Assembly (NCBI RefSeq): GCF_001194135.2
Contig: NC_068984.1
Span: forward strand, 89,073,780-89,122,848
DNA length: 49,069 nt
Origin: Octopus bimaculoides
Lineage: Eukaryota
Reading direction: 5' to 3'
Shown: positions 36,676-49,069 of the stretch, piece by piece
How the letters are laid out: each line of letters begins with the position of its first letter
Numbering within the stretch: the stretch's first letter is position 1
Notes under the pieces: generated by a model
Database searches by the model: none
What the model was told of the DNA's origin: nothing
What the model saw: only the letters and a program-made list of their open reading frames with translations
Program-made: the position numbers and the translations under genes

Positions 36676-37260
36676 TGTGAGTGTGTGTAAGTATACTTAC
36701 AAATGTGTATAATTAAATGCACGTATACAATTGTGTGTGTGCATGTAGATCTCATCTTTATTATCATCATAATCATTTTTACACTCGCTTTCTATGCTGA
36801 CATAGGTCGGTTACTGTTAAACAATTCATTGCATTAGAGGACCATGTCTTGCTCCGGTGTTACTGTTTTGGTATTGTGTTGTGCTTTACTCATGGCACAC
36901 ACACAGATGAGATTGCCTTGTAATTTGCAAGATTAACAAACTTGCCTGAGAGGAAGAATTGGAGATAGAATGGTTGCCTTATGTGCGGTGTTGAGAGGTT
37001 AATGTGTGATGGGAAAAGTAGGAATAGGTTTGTTGTAGAGGAAATTCATGACTACTTTGCATTTCATATGGTTGGGTGACATGGGTAGCTCCTCATTAAG
37101 AGAAGTAAATATGGTAGTGACAAAATGCCAGAATGCACCCTTAAAAGAGAGTGTAAAAATGATTATGATGATAATAAAGATGAGATCTACATGCACACAC
37201 ATACAATTGTATATGTGCATTTAATTATACACATTTGTAAGTATGCTTACACACACTCAC
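36676..37260. repeat. ~116-bp near-perfect inverted duplication with 352-bp spacer
   Basis: 36676-36791 vs 37144-37260, about 4 differences. Confidence 0.92.
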
Positions 37261-37509
37261 TCACATGCCTAAAAAGTGAAGAGAAGGGAGCATGGAAACA
37301 GGAGAATCACATTGCAAGAGTGTGAGGGGAGAATGAGAAGTGGATATAAGCATGGGGTGGAAATGATCAAATGTATATAAACAGTGAGTGTGGTGGATGG
37401 TGAATAGAATTAAGGATGACCAGTAGTAGTTATGAATGGTGCACAATAAGAATCATGGCAGATGTTTATTGGTACTAGCTAGGAGGAAAGCGAGTGATAA
37501 CTGGCAGTA

Positions 37510-37790
37510 CATCATCATCATCGTTTAATGTCCATTTTCCTTGCATGCATGGGTTGGATGGTTGATAGGAGCTGACCAGGTAGAAAAACTACCCTAAGCT
37601 ACTATTTTGGCAGGGATTTTACGGCTGGATGCCTTTCTCTAACACCAACCACTCTGCAGAGTAGACTCAGTGTTTTTTATGTGGCACTAGCACAGGTGAG
37701 GTTAGTTTTGGTGTGATTTTTGCAGCTGGATGCCCTTCCAAATGCCAACCATGTTACAGTGTGGACTGGATGCTTTTAACGTGGCACCAG
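37510..37790 (-). mobile_element. RTE type-1-like 3' end fragment
   Basis: (CAT)n tail, ggctggatgccctt and gtggcaccag UTR repeats. Confidence 0.7.
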
Positions 37791-37820
37791 AATGGTTTGT
37801 AGTAACAGGCTCTGTGTCTA

Positions 37821-38112
37821 TGAGGAAGGTCAACTGAAAAGTTCATAGGCAGACCAAGATACTTTCATAGAATATAACCAAATTAGGTTTATTTTTCAAC
37901 ATAGTCCCCCTTGCAGTCCACACACTCCTTCCATTAGTATTGCTTGTATTGCTTGAATCCCATTAGTGAAGAAGCTTTCATCTTGTTACTTTAAAAGCCG
38001 TCAACAACAGCTATAATGTCATCTCTGCAATACTGGTTCCTATCCAAGTGTTTTTTCATGTTGGAGGACAGTTGATAGGCAGATGGAACCACATCAGGAG
38101 AATAGGGAGGGT
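37821..38112 (-). mobile_element. Mariner 3' fragment (second family)
   Basis: TA plus TIR-like tgagg..tcaactgaaaagttc; PPYSPDVVPSAYQL motif; ends at a (CT)n tract ~38117-38178. Confidence 0.75.
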
Positions 38113-38124
38113 TCTTTTCTCTCC

Positions 38125-38180
<56 letters not shown>

Positions 38181-39158
38181 TTCTTTCTGTCAGAAACAAC
38201 TACATTGTATTATAAGAAGTCATGGCAAGGAAGGTGGTGAGGGGGTCTACTTTTAGTGTCTCTCCAGAAATAGAGCAGAGCTGACCAAGGGACAATGTGC
38301 TACAAAAACTAGCTGAGGATAGACCAATATGCAATACAGGGCAGAACATAAATAACATCAGCATGAGATCACTACATTAGCTTTTTCCTAGATTGCTGGG
38401 AAAACAGCCATTAATGAGAATCAAACTTTAGTTAATAAAAACAGAATGGAGTGACTATGATAATTAGTTGGTCAAGACACCAAAATATATCCTGAACCCA
38501 TGCACAAGATGTAAGCAGAGTGGGTTATACATATGTGCAAAAATGCAAATGAATCTGTGGCATATGTGCTAGTTGCAAATGAGTTCTGCATCTGTGTACA
38601 TGTCTGTTGAATGCAAGTGAGTCTGCAAGTTATAGGTGATAGACTAGGTAAATTATGTTTAAACAGTTAAAAAGTTGGAATGTTTAATTTCAAAGAGAAA
38701 CTGAAACAAAAATATAAACTATTTCTATACTAGTAATTATTAATAAAATAGAAAAATGAAGTGTGTTTGAATAAATCAGGCATTTTGACCATAATTGTAC
38801 TGATCTTTGTGTTTATTTATTCTTGAAGTCTGTTGAGCCATTCTGTTATGTTGCCATTGATTTGGTCAATGTTCTGCATGCTGCAGTACTATTAACTATT
38901 GGAATTTCTAGCTGAAATGAAATGGATATTCTGGTGAAAGTTGAATTCAAATTGTAAAAAACAGCTAGCTGGATTGGTAGCCAGAAGGAAACAGCTTTGA
39001 GCTGAAGGCTCACAAAAGGAACTGGCATAGTCAATGTTATCCTAGGAATAGTTGTATGTCAGGATCGTAAATAAAACTTGTCCAACCATATAAAAGTATG
39101 TAAATGAATGTTCTGCTGTTTTTGGATTTTTTGGATTTTTTTTTTTTTCAGAAAATGT

Positions 39159-39576
39159 TTACTCTTTTACTCTTCTACTTTTTTCAGTCATTTGACTGTG
39201 GCCATACTGAAGCACTGCCTTTAGTCGAGCAAATCAACCCCAGGACTTATTCTTTGTAAGCCTGGTACCTATTCTATTGGTCTCTTTTGCTGAACCGCTA
39301 AGTTACAGGGACGTATACACACCAGCATCAGTTGTCAAGCGATGTTGGAGGGACAAACACAGACACACAAACATATACACACACACACACATACACACAC
39401 ACATATATATATATATATACACATATATACGACGGGCTTCTTTCAGTTTCCATCTACCAAATCCACTCACAAGGCTTTGATCAGCCCGAGGCTATAGTAG
39501 AAGACACTTGCCCAAAGTGCCATGCAGTGGGACTGAACCCGGAACCATGTGGTTTGTAAGCAAGCTACTTACACCT
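39159..39576 (-). mobile_element. SINE family A, near full length
   Basis: Colinear with 20228-20641. Confidence 0.9.
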
Positions 39577-40401
39577 ATGTTGAAAAAAATTTTCCAGTCA
39601 TAAACTGTGGACTTCTTTGAACATTGAATTTTAGAAACTAAAAGTTTGTTCATAGATATAACAACAAAATTTGGTTATATTTAAATAATTATTAGTGACA
39701 CAAGCAACATTAATATCAAAAAACAATCTATATATCCAACTTAACATGGATGTATTGTTAAAGCACTGAACTGAAGACTGTATTATTTACCTTGAGAGGA
39801 CCTCTTATATGGATGCATGGTACATAAAAAGCACACATTTATGTTGCTAGAAGATAAGTATCATCTGCTATCGGTTCCAGAACTGCCAGATCACATGATT
39901 TTGATGTGCTCCACCTCTTTAGTGGCAGACGTCTGGTAGCCACATACAGCCAAATCTCCATGCCAGCAATATATGGAATTTCAGTAACTGTTCAGGCTCT
40001 GATGTCACAAATAGCAAACAAACTTATTAAGAAATGATTATTAACAACAGAAGCAGTATTAGTACCAAAAAGTAATCATACATCCTTATGAGAGGTCTTT
40101 TCAAGGTAAATAATCCAGTATTCAGTGCTATAACAATACATCCACATTAAGTTGGATATAAATATTGTCTATATTCTCAATAGTAATGTGATTTGTTATT
40201 GTTGTTTTATATAACTTTGTAAACATCTGAATGAAATACAGTTTAAAATTTATTAGACCTTCTAGAGTCTGCTTAATATCGATTATTTTTGCCCATAATT
40301 GAAATAGAATTTGTATTGTACAGAAGGGGAAAATGTAAGCTAATTCTTAATTGCTTTTCATACCTTACTGACAAGACTGTCAACAGTGTCATACATGTAA
40401 C

Positions 40402-41500
40402 ATGTCAACTAATGGAAATGAAATCAGAAACCAACTAACTGACCACAATCACAATTACACACCATATCCAGTATGCTTTGAAGTGGAAAAAGTAGTATCT
40501 AGAATGCTAGAAAGAGCTACTATCTCAGATGAACAGACATCAATTATCATTCAAAGTATACCACTGAGCTTTTCAATAGTGGCTGCTTAGCTGCTGGTAT
40601 TCTTCAAAAACAATATAGCCTTTATGCAAATGATTTAATGAAAGCATCATGATCTTGAAGGTTGATGGTTTCATAGATAAACTACATGTAATGTGATTCC
40701 AGAAGAATTTGTATTGAATGAGGATTATGAAAATGGTCATTATAGTTTTGCATACCAAAGAAATCTAGACTTGCTTGCTGAAAATTGTAGCTGGTTCACT
40801 AAAGAAACATTTAATGTTGCTCCATCTGTTTATCAGTTATATATCATTCATAATCTGGTAAATGGCTTTCACACTATTCCTTTGGTTTATTGTGTTGCAT
40901 ATGATAAATTTTATGCAGTCTACAGAGAAATCCTTTGAATTATAAGGAAACAAAAAGCTTAGATTTCACCTGAGATAGTGATCTTTGACTTTGAAATTGC
41001 TATATTTAATGTTTGTAATTAACTTCTCTACCTACATCAGAGATTTTGGGATATTTTACCCTATTTCATACAGTGTTGTTATAAAATCCCAAACATGCTT
41101 TGCTAATAAAATCTTTTCAAGCTCAAGCTTCCAGCTGATGCAATACAACAATTTGCAGAACTTAGAATTTTCAGTGTTGATGATAAATGACTGCTTGAAA
41201 GTTATTGGCTATTTCGAAACTATATGATTACATCTGCACAATGTGGAAGATATCAGCAACCAAAATTTCCAAATACAGTATTGTTCAAATGTGTAAGAAC
41301 ATGAGCAAACCGACTTGCCACATAGTAATAAATGAAGGTTAGCAGAATGCATTACTCAAACATTGTGTAATTACTCATCCTACATTATGTAGATGTGGAA
41401 AAAAAATTAAATGCAAAGTGCAAATGTGTTATTATTGAGCAGCTAGTTGGCTGTATATGGTCTGCCAAGAAAAAGACATGCTACAGTGATCAAATGTTTA
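40402..41500 (+). pseudogene. Mutator-like (MULE) transposase remnant
   Basis: HNH motif, TFNVAP..YQLYIIH...IPLVY, PEIVIFDFEIA, PKFP, HPTL; stops and frameshifts; TIRs not found. Confidence 0.75.
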
Positions 41501-41719
41501 AAGAACATTGTAACTAGATATCATGCCCTTAATGATCATATAATTATCAGTAATCTATAGCACAACTGGTCCAGTTAGAAATTTTATAAGTTGTTAGTTT
41601 TATAATTAAATCTTTAGTTCAAAATTCTATTTTTATGATATACTTTAAATTAATCTATAAACCTTCTATGAAAAGTTGTTTAGATAAAATAAAAATCATT
41701 TTTTCCACTTCAATATTTA

Positions 41720-41805
41720 ATCAGTATGTGTGTGTAGGTGTGCACAAATTTGTACATATATATATATATATATATATTTGAGTACACCTACACACACATA
41801 CTGAT
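41720..41805. repeat. 86-bp palindrome centred on (TA)n
   Basis: 22-bp perfect arms at 41720-41741 and 41784-41805. Confidence 0.92.
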
Positions 41806-41828
41806 ATTCGCTTGCTGCACCAGTTCAT

Positions 41829-41880
<52 letters not shown>

Positions 41881-43499
41881 TTTGGTGATGCAAACAGGAA
41901 AATAGAACTTGAAACGTGTGTGTGTGTGTGTTATTACTATTTTTATTTTTATGATTATTTTTATTAATGTTAATAATAATAATCTTTAGAAGTTACTGAG
42001 TGACTTACCTAATAAACAAATTTTTCATAATATATCCCAATATTATAATGATGCCTTTGCCAGAAGTTTTAAGGATAAAATCTATAACATAGCAATACTC
42101 ACCTCCCAGCTCCAATAAAAACCTTTGGCTCAAATCTTGGTTCCTAAGGAAGTATTTCATATGAAACCATAAATATCACCTGGTAACAATATTGTCATCC
42201 TTTCATATACAGTGGCCCCAAATTTTGACTTATTATAAACACTTCTAAACTTAGTGACTAAAACAAAACTTAACCATGCAACTGCCATAATCCCAGCGAC
42301 TATCCTTCAGGATCTTGCTGCATAGCTAAGGATATTGTATACTAATGTTTAGTTACCATTAAAAGCTTGTGTCAGCATGACCTCACACACATTTAAATCA
42401 AAGTTTTATTTATACACTCATTCCTTTCAAAACCAGACAGACTTCTCTGGTTTCATACATTTGACCTTTAAAGGATTATTCAACACCTTAAATGGTACAT
42501 AGGTTTCAGAACCAAAGTATAAAGTTGGTCATCTTTCCACTCTGCTAACAATGGCCTATATTTTTGCATGCATTAGTTAGCCTGTGTTCCTTTACATTAT
42601 TCTTTTATTACTTTATTCATAAGTTATTACATATCCTTAATTCATCTCCTAGCTAATAGTTTTTCATCTCATTCATTAATGATTGTAAATTCATCACCAT
42701 TATCTCTGTATTGATGCCAAGTATCATTAGCATTATTTCGTTTTTACTTTGATTTGGTTACTATGTTCACCAACTTAATCCACATTTCATCTTTCTGTCA
42801 TTGTCACTCACTTTTCTGAAGAAAATTAAGTTATTTGTTAACTTCACAGTGAGAGACTCCTTGGGAGGTTAGCATGTGGTGTTAGATTTGGTTCTAAACA
42901 CTATCTTTATATCATTATAGTAAAGTGTAGAGAGAGTATTTCTACCTTCATTATACGTTGCTATTGAGTAAATAAATGTGTGTTGTGAAGGCTTGATAGC
43001 AAAAAATGTTATTATAGTAATGTTCGCAGGAACTTTAAATGTCCTGATGTAATCTATGTCCAGGTTAAAAAAAAGATACCAGTTCATCAGTTACCAGAAA
43101 ATGGGTTACATACGTGTATGTGTGTAGAGGGGTAGCTGACATGGAAGAAGCACAGGTCCAGTGGATCATATGTCATTTAAGAAAACACGTCAAAGCTGAA
43201 ATGGATCAAAATATTTATGATTGCATACTGTCTCATACAATCAGTATTGACAAAAGAACAATCATTGATGGGTCATTCACAGGAGGCAAAAATAGATGTG
43301 GAAATTGTATCAAAAGTTAATGGCAATCATGAGAAAATTAGGAAAACAAATATTATTCATTACATTCCCATGCAATCTACCATAGAAAGAAATCACAGCT
43401 GAACTGTATTCAAGATAAATGGCATTTGACAGACACTTCAGTCTGGGTAATGATGCTACATGCAATTTATCTGTGCACAGTGAAAAAGTAGCTTACATC

Positions 43500-43755
43500 A
43501 TTCATATATGTGTGTGTATTGAGATCACTTGACAGTAGTAAAAATGAGCATCACCATGATGATACTGGTAGTGTTCTTCATTTACAGTCTTCAATGGAAA
43601 GATGCCTGATAATGGGGGAAATATTACCTTGCTTAGAAACAGGTGAGGGTTGGTGACACAAACAGCATCCAGCCATAGAATTTCTACCTCAACCAATTCC
43701 TTTCAACTCATTTGAGCATGGAAAAATGGGCATTAAAATAATGAATGATGATGAT
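43500..43755 (+). mobile_element. Short element with RTE-like 3' end
   Basis: aatattaccttgcttagaaacaggtgagggttggtgac ... gcatggaaaaatgggcattaaa..(tga)n, as at 25555-25805. Confidence 0.65.
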
Positions 43756-44559
43756 TATATGTATATGTATGTGCATACATACACATACAAGATGATTCAA
43801 AGTCTCTTAGCATAAATCAGTCAACAACCAAGAAAGAGAATGAATGGTAGTTTCTATGGAACAAAGTGCTGAAGTTGGTCCAAGATTTATGGCTGCTTCA
43901 TGGTTCTAACCAGACATAAGGTGACATGGTTGTGAATAAATAATATGAATAGATCCATAAAATCTAAGAGTCAGGCCTCAAAAGACTGGGTAAACATTGG
44001 TATAAGAGGACAGCATCAGATAGCTAGAAGAGAAGCTAGATATAGTTAGTTGTAGGAAGAGCAGAAAGGAAGAAGGTTTACACATGCTGTGCAATGTGAA
44101 GACCAGATACTCGAGATATTTTATATTACATGGCAATGTACTAGAGAGAATCTAGATATGTTCTGAGAAGTGTGTGTAAAATGATAATGGCATGTGTGCC
44201 CTTAATGATACTGAAAAATAAAAGGTATGGAAGTACTATTACAAGAGGTTGTTGATTGCATAAGATTAAGAGAATTTATATCAAGTACACTCAAAAGAGG
44301 GATCAACCAACAGTATGATTGCAGGTGCAGTTAAAGGATTACTGCAGGAGCATCAGCATTAGATGCTGAGATGCTTTTATTATCTAGTGAAGTAAGTTAC
44401 ATGCTAGTCTCACTCAAAGTCAATGAGATACTTCATGGATGTGTCACACACATTTTCCCATTATATCACTCTTACTATTTCTGTGGAAACTCCATACCAA
44501 TAACCATCATATAGCAATCACTCTTTCTCTATTTCATTACTCTCTTCCTTGTCACTTTT

Positions 44560-44815
44560 TTGCTCTGATTCTCTTTCATTTTTTACTTACTCTTCCACTT
44601 ATGGGTGAGGAGTAGAACCTCTCCTGGTGAATGAACAGAGACAACATAAGGTAGTATGAATTTTTATGACTTAGCAAGGCCAAGACAACTTCTCTTGTGC
44701 TAATGCTATAATAAAATGCTCTATATATACCCTGTAAACTACCACAAGGTCCAGTTTCTGTTGCAGTGTGATGGTTTATGTCAGTGACCTCACAGGCATG
44801 CCAGATATATAGGGA
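44560..44815 (-). pseudogene. Decayed RTE C-terminal fragment
   Basis: HTATETGP ~ YGSETW; REVVLALLSHKNSYY ~ RRILGISWxEHKTNxYV. Confidence 0.35.
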
Positions 44816-44819
44816 GTGC

Positions 44820-45810
44820 AGGGAAAAGGCATCTTGATAATTATTTCCTAATTTGGACAAACTCTGTAGATATGTTAGAAGAATCCAATATCTTTCTAAA
44901 CAGTTTATATCCAACTCAGAAGTTCACCAATGTGATGAGCAATGGAGAATTTTCATTTTTCAATATAATGTTAATTAAAAATAATTATACCAACATCACA
45001 ATTGTCAAGACAGAGATATACATCCAAATCTAACTTTAAAATCATGCCATTTAGCAATATGCCATATTGTTTAGCCAGGAAAATTTATGCTGTCATTGAG
45101 GATATAGTTACCAGGGACAAATGTCTCACAGAACTCAAGTGATTTCTATTCAAACAAAAATTTTAGAAAATGGTATGCAAAATGCAAAACAACTACTTAT
45201 AGAACAATTTAGAGCAATTCATGAAAAAGGAACACTCAGCCTTATCATACCTTTTAACAGTAACACACAATCCATGTCATTAAAATATTTTCAATGTCTC
45301 CAAATCAAACTTGCCTGTCATCACAAAGTAACAAGCTCAAAGATTTAATTATTCATCAAACACTTGTTCAAAATAAAAGGCAACTGAAAAACTTGAATGT
45401 TGTTTACTAATGCAAAGATTGCCCTAAACAACAATAATAAAATATTTATGGTATACAAATGCAATGACATTTATCAGGTACATGTCAATTCATACATACT
45501 AGTCAGTATATCAACACAAAAAAAGAATATTCCCAAATGCAAATATGATCTGTAACAGCAGAAATCTTTTCACTTGCACCAAATGTCTGAATTGTGAAGA
45601 AATATGTATTGACCAAACAGGCAACTCATTAGCGGAATGCATGAGAATACACCAACCACAAATTAGAGACACTAACATTCTTCAGATTCCATTAAGCAAT
45701 CATTTAGAAACATACAATAAAAAATGTTTTTAATATTTCCATTTTACAGAAGTTAAAAGAAGAGTAAGTGAAAAGAATTGTATTGACATTTTAGCCCATT
45801 CTGAACAAAC
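44820..45810 (+). mobile_element. Penelope-like element remnant (RT C-terminal half plus GIY-YIG)
   Basis: KRHLDNYFLIWT (YLDD-equivalent, 44830-44841), LNSLYPTQKFT, PYCLARKI, CNSRNL..C..C.EICIDQTGNSL...RIHQ.QI. Confidence 0.75.
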
Positions 45811-47179
45811 AATAATATAAATGATAATATAGATTTGAATTTAATTTTATTAAAAAACAGTACTAATATTAATTTGAATGTTAATTTCATTTAAATGTAT
45901 TTGAGATAGGACTACTGTTTGTTGTATCAGGCATTTCTCAGCATCTGATTGTAGCTGAATCCACCATCAGTGACTGATTGGTTAAAATGTTTCTATAAAC
46001 AAGCTCTGTTAATGGTAACTATGTTACTAAATTGCTAAAACTGTGACATCGAAGGCACAAGCTGATTGGTTAAAATAGCTTTTGTTAGCCTCAGTCTGAT
46101 GGAGACTATCAGAAAGTATTTAAAGGTGGGGAAAAAATCAGTCATTTTACTCCGGTTGCCAATAGTGAAATGCATAAGCAGTATGTTAATGCCACTACAT
46201 AAACAATCACATGAAGATTGTTATAAAACATGAAAACACTTGTAAAATACAACAATAAAAGTGACAAATCAATGTTGCAATCTGATTGACAAATACACAC
46301 ACGCACACACACACACATGTAACACTTTTAATCTATGGTTATGCAAAGCTTATCAAGGTTATAAAGCTTTTTACTCAGTAATAAGGATAATAGTCAAAGC
46401 TACATATAGATATTGGAGTCTGGCACCTGTCTCTGAGAGTTTATTGCCCCAATAGTTTGTTAACTGTTAGGCCAGTGACCAGTGGAATACTGGTGTTAAA
46501 CACACTATTCAGTCACTCAGTTTTGCTTAATTAAATTTAAGTGGTTCATTTCAAATAATGGCAAAACACTTTCAATTATCTATTATAATTTGCATGAAAT
46601 TTGGCCAGCTTGTGTAGTATAACTACTAGTGACATTTCTTAGGTGGTGGATGTTTTACAGGAACTAACATAGTTTTACCATTTACTTGAAATGTATTTAC
46701 TGATTTGCTTGTATATTACAGTATAATATACAGTAATGTATTAGAAATGCTTATAAGATAATCATGGGTTCAAATTGATTATATCACTCTTGGTCTTATG
46801 CATTCTTCAGTAGAGTTATTCATTTGATTATATCAGTAGCAATGTTTTATTCATATTTGAGTGCTATAGGTGGCATTTTTACAGAAGACATTTATTAGAG
46901 AGGCATTTTATGTATGTATGTATTATCCATTTTTCCATCCTAGCATGGGTTTGCCAGATATGTTATTCAAGTAGTGTTATACAACTGGGTGTTCTTCCTG
47001 TTGCTAACCCTTACCTGTTTTTGAAGTAAAAGATCTCATTCCACACAGTTTTGAAGGTGCAAAGCAAGTAACCAATTTATTGATAGAAATTACATCATCA
47101 CTACTTATAGGTTGTGACTTTTGTAGAAATGGGTGCTTATCTAAACATACACATGTACATGTGGATACATGCACATATA

Positions 47180-47345
47180 TGCTTGCATGCACACACACAC
47201 ATGACAGGTTTCATTTGCTTTCCATCTATTAAGTCCATTCACAAGGCTTTGGTCAGTCTGAGTTTATGAAGACACTTGCCTAAGGTGATGCTCAGTGGGG
47301 CTGAACCTAAAACCATGTAATCAGGAATTGAATTTATTAACCATA
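47180..47345 (-). mobile_element. SINE family A, 5' half
   Basis: cattcacaaggctttggtc, gaagacacttgcc and ggggctgaacc blocks. Confidence 0.7.
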
Positions 47346-48721
47346 CAACCATTTTTGATAACCTTCCTATTAATCCAGCTCCCCAAATGTATCTATAGGA
47401 TTCAGTAGAAAATACTAATTAATAAGACCATAGCAGAATTGCAAGTGTTTTGATGTTGTTCATTGCAATTGATGCAAACTCTAAGCCATGGGATGTTAAA
47501 GTTGAGATTTTATACTTGATATTTAGCCCTTTGAACTCTGATCCCCTGCCCGTTATGTAATCCCTAGTATTTGGTGTCCATACAGAAAAAGACCCCTCCC
47601 TATAATAACCTATGTCTTATATTGAGAGACATTTCTAACCTTACTCACTTTGTCTCCTCTTGTCATTTACATCCAATACTCATTCTTTGTGTACCAAATT
47701 TTCCAGAATTTGTTATTTCCTTTGCCAGTACACCAGAATTTCTTGCAATGAGGACATCAATGCAGGTTTTTTTTTTTTACTAAGGAGGGTTCTTGTATTG
47801 TGCATCTGGTCTCTGAGACAGTACTTTTCCATGTTTCTCTGAGCAGGCATGAGGTTACTTCTCTACTAATTGCAAACCAACATCTTTGAGATGGTTGAGG
47901 TTGTGTGAGCTGTCAATGCCTAAAAACCCCAGTGAAACTTTTAAACATATTCTCAACATACTTCAGAAATGTGAGTGTCCTCCTGCCATCCTCTACATAG
48001 GATTTGTTCAAGCAAAGAACATAGGAGTTGCATGTGGCTTTCATAAAGAACTTAGCCATCAACCTGCAAGGCCTCTTGGAATGACATCTTCTTTCACACA
48101 ATGGAGTTATCTGATCATTTTTTCCTTTCCCCCATGTACATAATGTATGCAGTAACAGCTTAGAGCAAGGAACTGGTACACTCTTGTATCATACAGGTGA
48201 TAAAATGTATCAGTTGAATGTCTCTCTACATCAGATTGACAATATACTCCTTGTTCACTGTTATAGACTCTGTTCTGATTATTTGAGCCTAGATTCTAAT
48301 TATATCCTTGGGAAAATTAGCTGTTGATTTGTATGTCAGAATAACCAATGCTACAGTACCTGTCCAAATACTAGACCAGCTCATTACCAGATAATTCTGA
48401 CAGACAAGCTTCACAGTTGCTCCAAGGTTATTCACTTCATTTGTGTTGTCTACTCTACCAGTGTGTATTTCAGCTACTTATTCTCACTATCACAAACAGG
48501 ATGTGATTTTACGTCTCATTAAATGGGTTTGTCTTTGACCGAGCATTCTTCATGACAGATTCTGTTCTGGTCTTTATTAATGCTTAAATTTTATCAAAAT
48601 TTATATGAACACAGACCTTGCTTTGTGGATTTTGTCTCTTATCAAAGCAGGTCATCTTCATTCACATAATGTAGGTGATGTCAGGTGGAAATCGATCTCA
48701 ATACAATATATTTTATTGAAG

Positions 48722-49069
48722 TCAGGAATCACTGCAGAGATGCTCAAAATATCTGGCAGTGTTGGCTATAGCCTAGTCACCCGTATTACGAACCAGGTGA
48801 TACACGAAGGAGTCATACCCAATGACTGGTGTAGCAGCATCATAGTCAACTGCTACAAAGGTAAAGGGGACGCTTTAGATACAAATAATTACAGAGGCAT
48901 CAAGCTGTTAGATCAGGTTATGAAAGTTACAGAGAGGGTCATAGCCCAACTAATTAGGGAGCGAATCAATTTAGATGAGATGCAGTTTGGGTTCGTGCCA
49001 GGTAAAAGCACTACTGATGCCTTATTTCTAGTGAGACAGTTGCAGGAGAAATACCTAGCTAAGGATAAA
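48722..49069 (+). mobile_element. RTE type-1 LINE, RT N-terminal part, running off the window
   Basis: Open 115-codon frame 48725-49069: GITAEMLK..NYRGIKLLDQVMK..QFGFVPGKSTTDA; homologous to 27410-27754. Confidence 0.92.

Noticed and set aside
43114-43402. Overlapping 61-68-aa ORFs
   Set aside because: No recognisable motif or splice context.
47900-48700. Possible ancient L1-like RT on the minus strand
   Set aside because: Only faint motif resemblance; needs BLASTX.

Overview
AT-rich, repeat-dense eukaryotic DNA. The tRNA-derived SINE families, RTE LINEs and microsatellites resemble an octopus or coleoid cephalopod genome; this is inferred from repeat content only. I find no intact host gene, rRNA, true tRNA or CRISPR array. 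The window is a layered transposon graveyard: TIR/TSD-delimited hAT (Charlie-like), mariner and Tc1 (IR/DR) elements; a non-autonomous Helitron; decayed MULE, Penelope and probably piggyBac remnants; RTE LINEs of two types; and many SINEs. There are two assembly gaps. Most unusual is 1-2.6 kb, which holds two head-to-tail, diverged copies of a ~1.67-kb poly(A)-tailed element encoding only an L1/Tx1-type ORF1 (CCHC knuckle) with no ORF2. The second copy is flanked by a 16-bp target-site duplication, and both copies keep a stop codon at the same position followed by a peptide conserved at the protein level. Secondary signals are several local inverted, apparently templated duplications and a drop in CpG density at ~8.5-9 kb, which may mark the edge of a methylated gene body.
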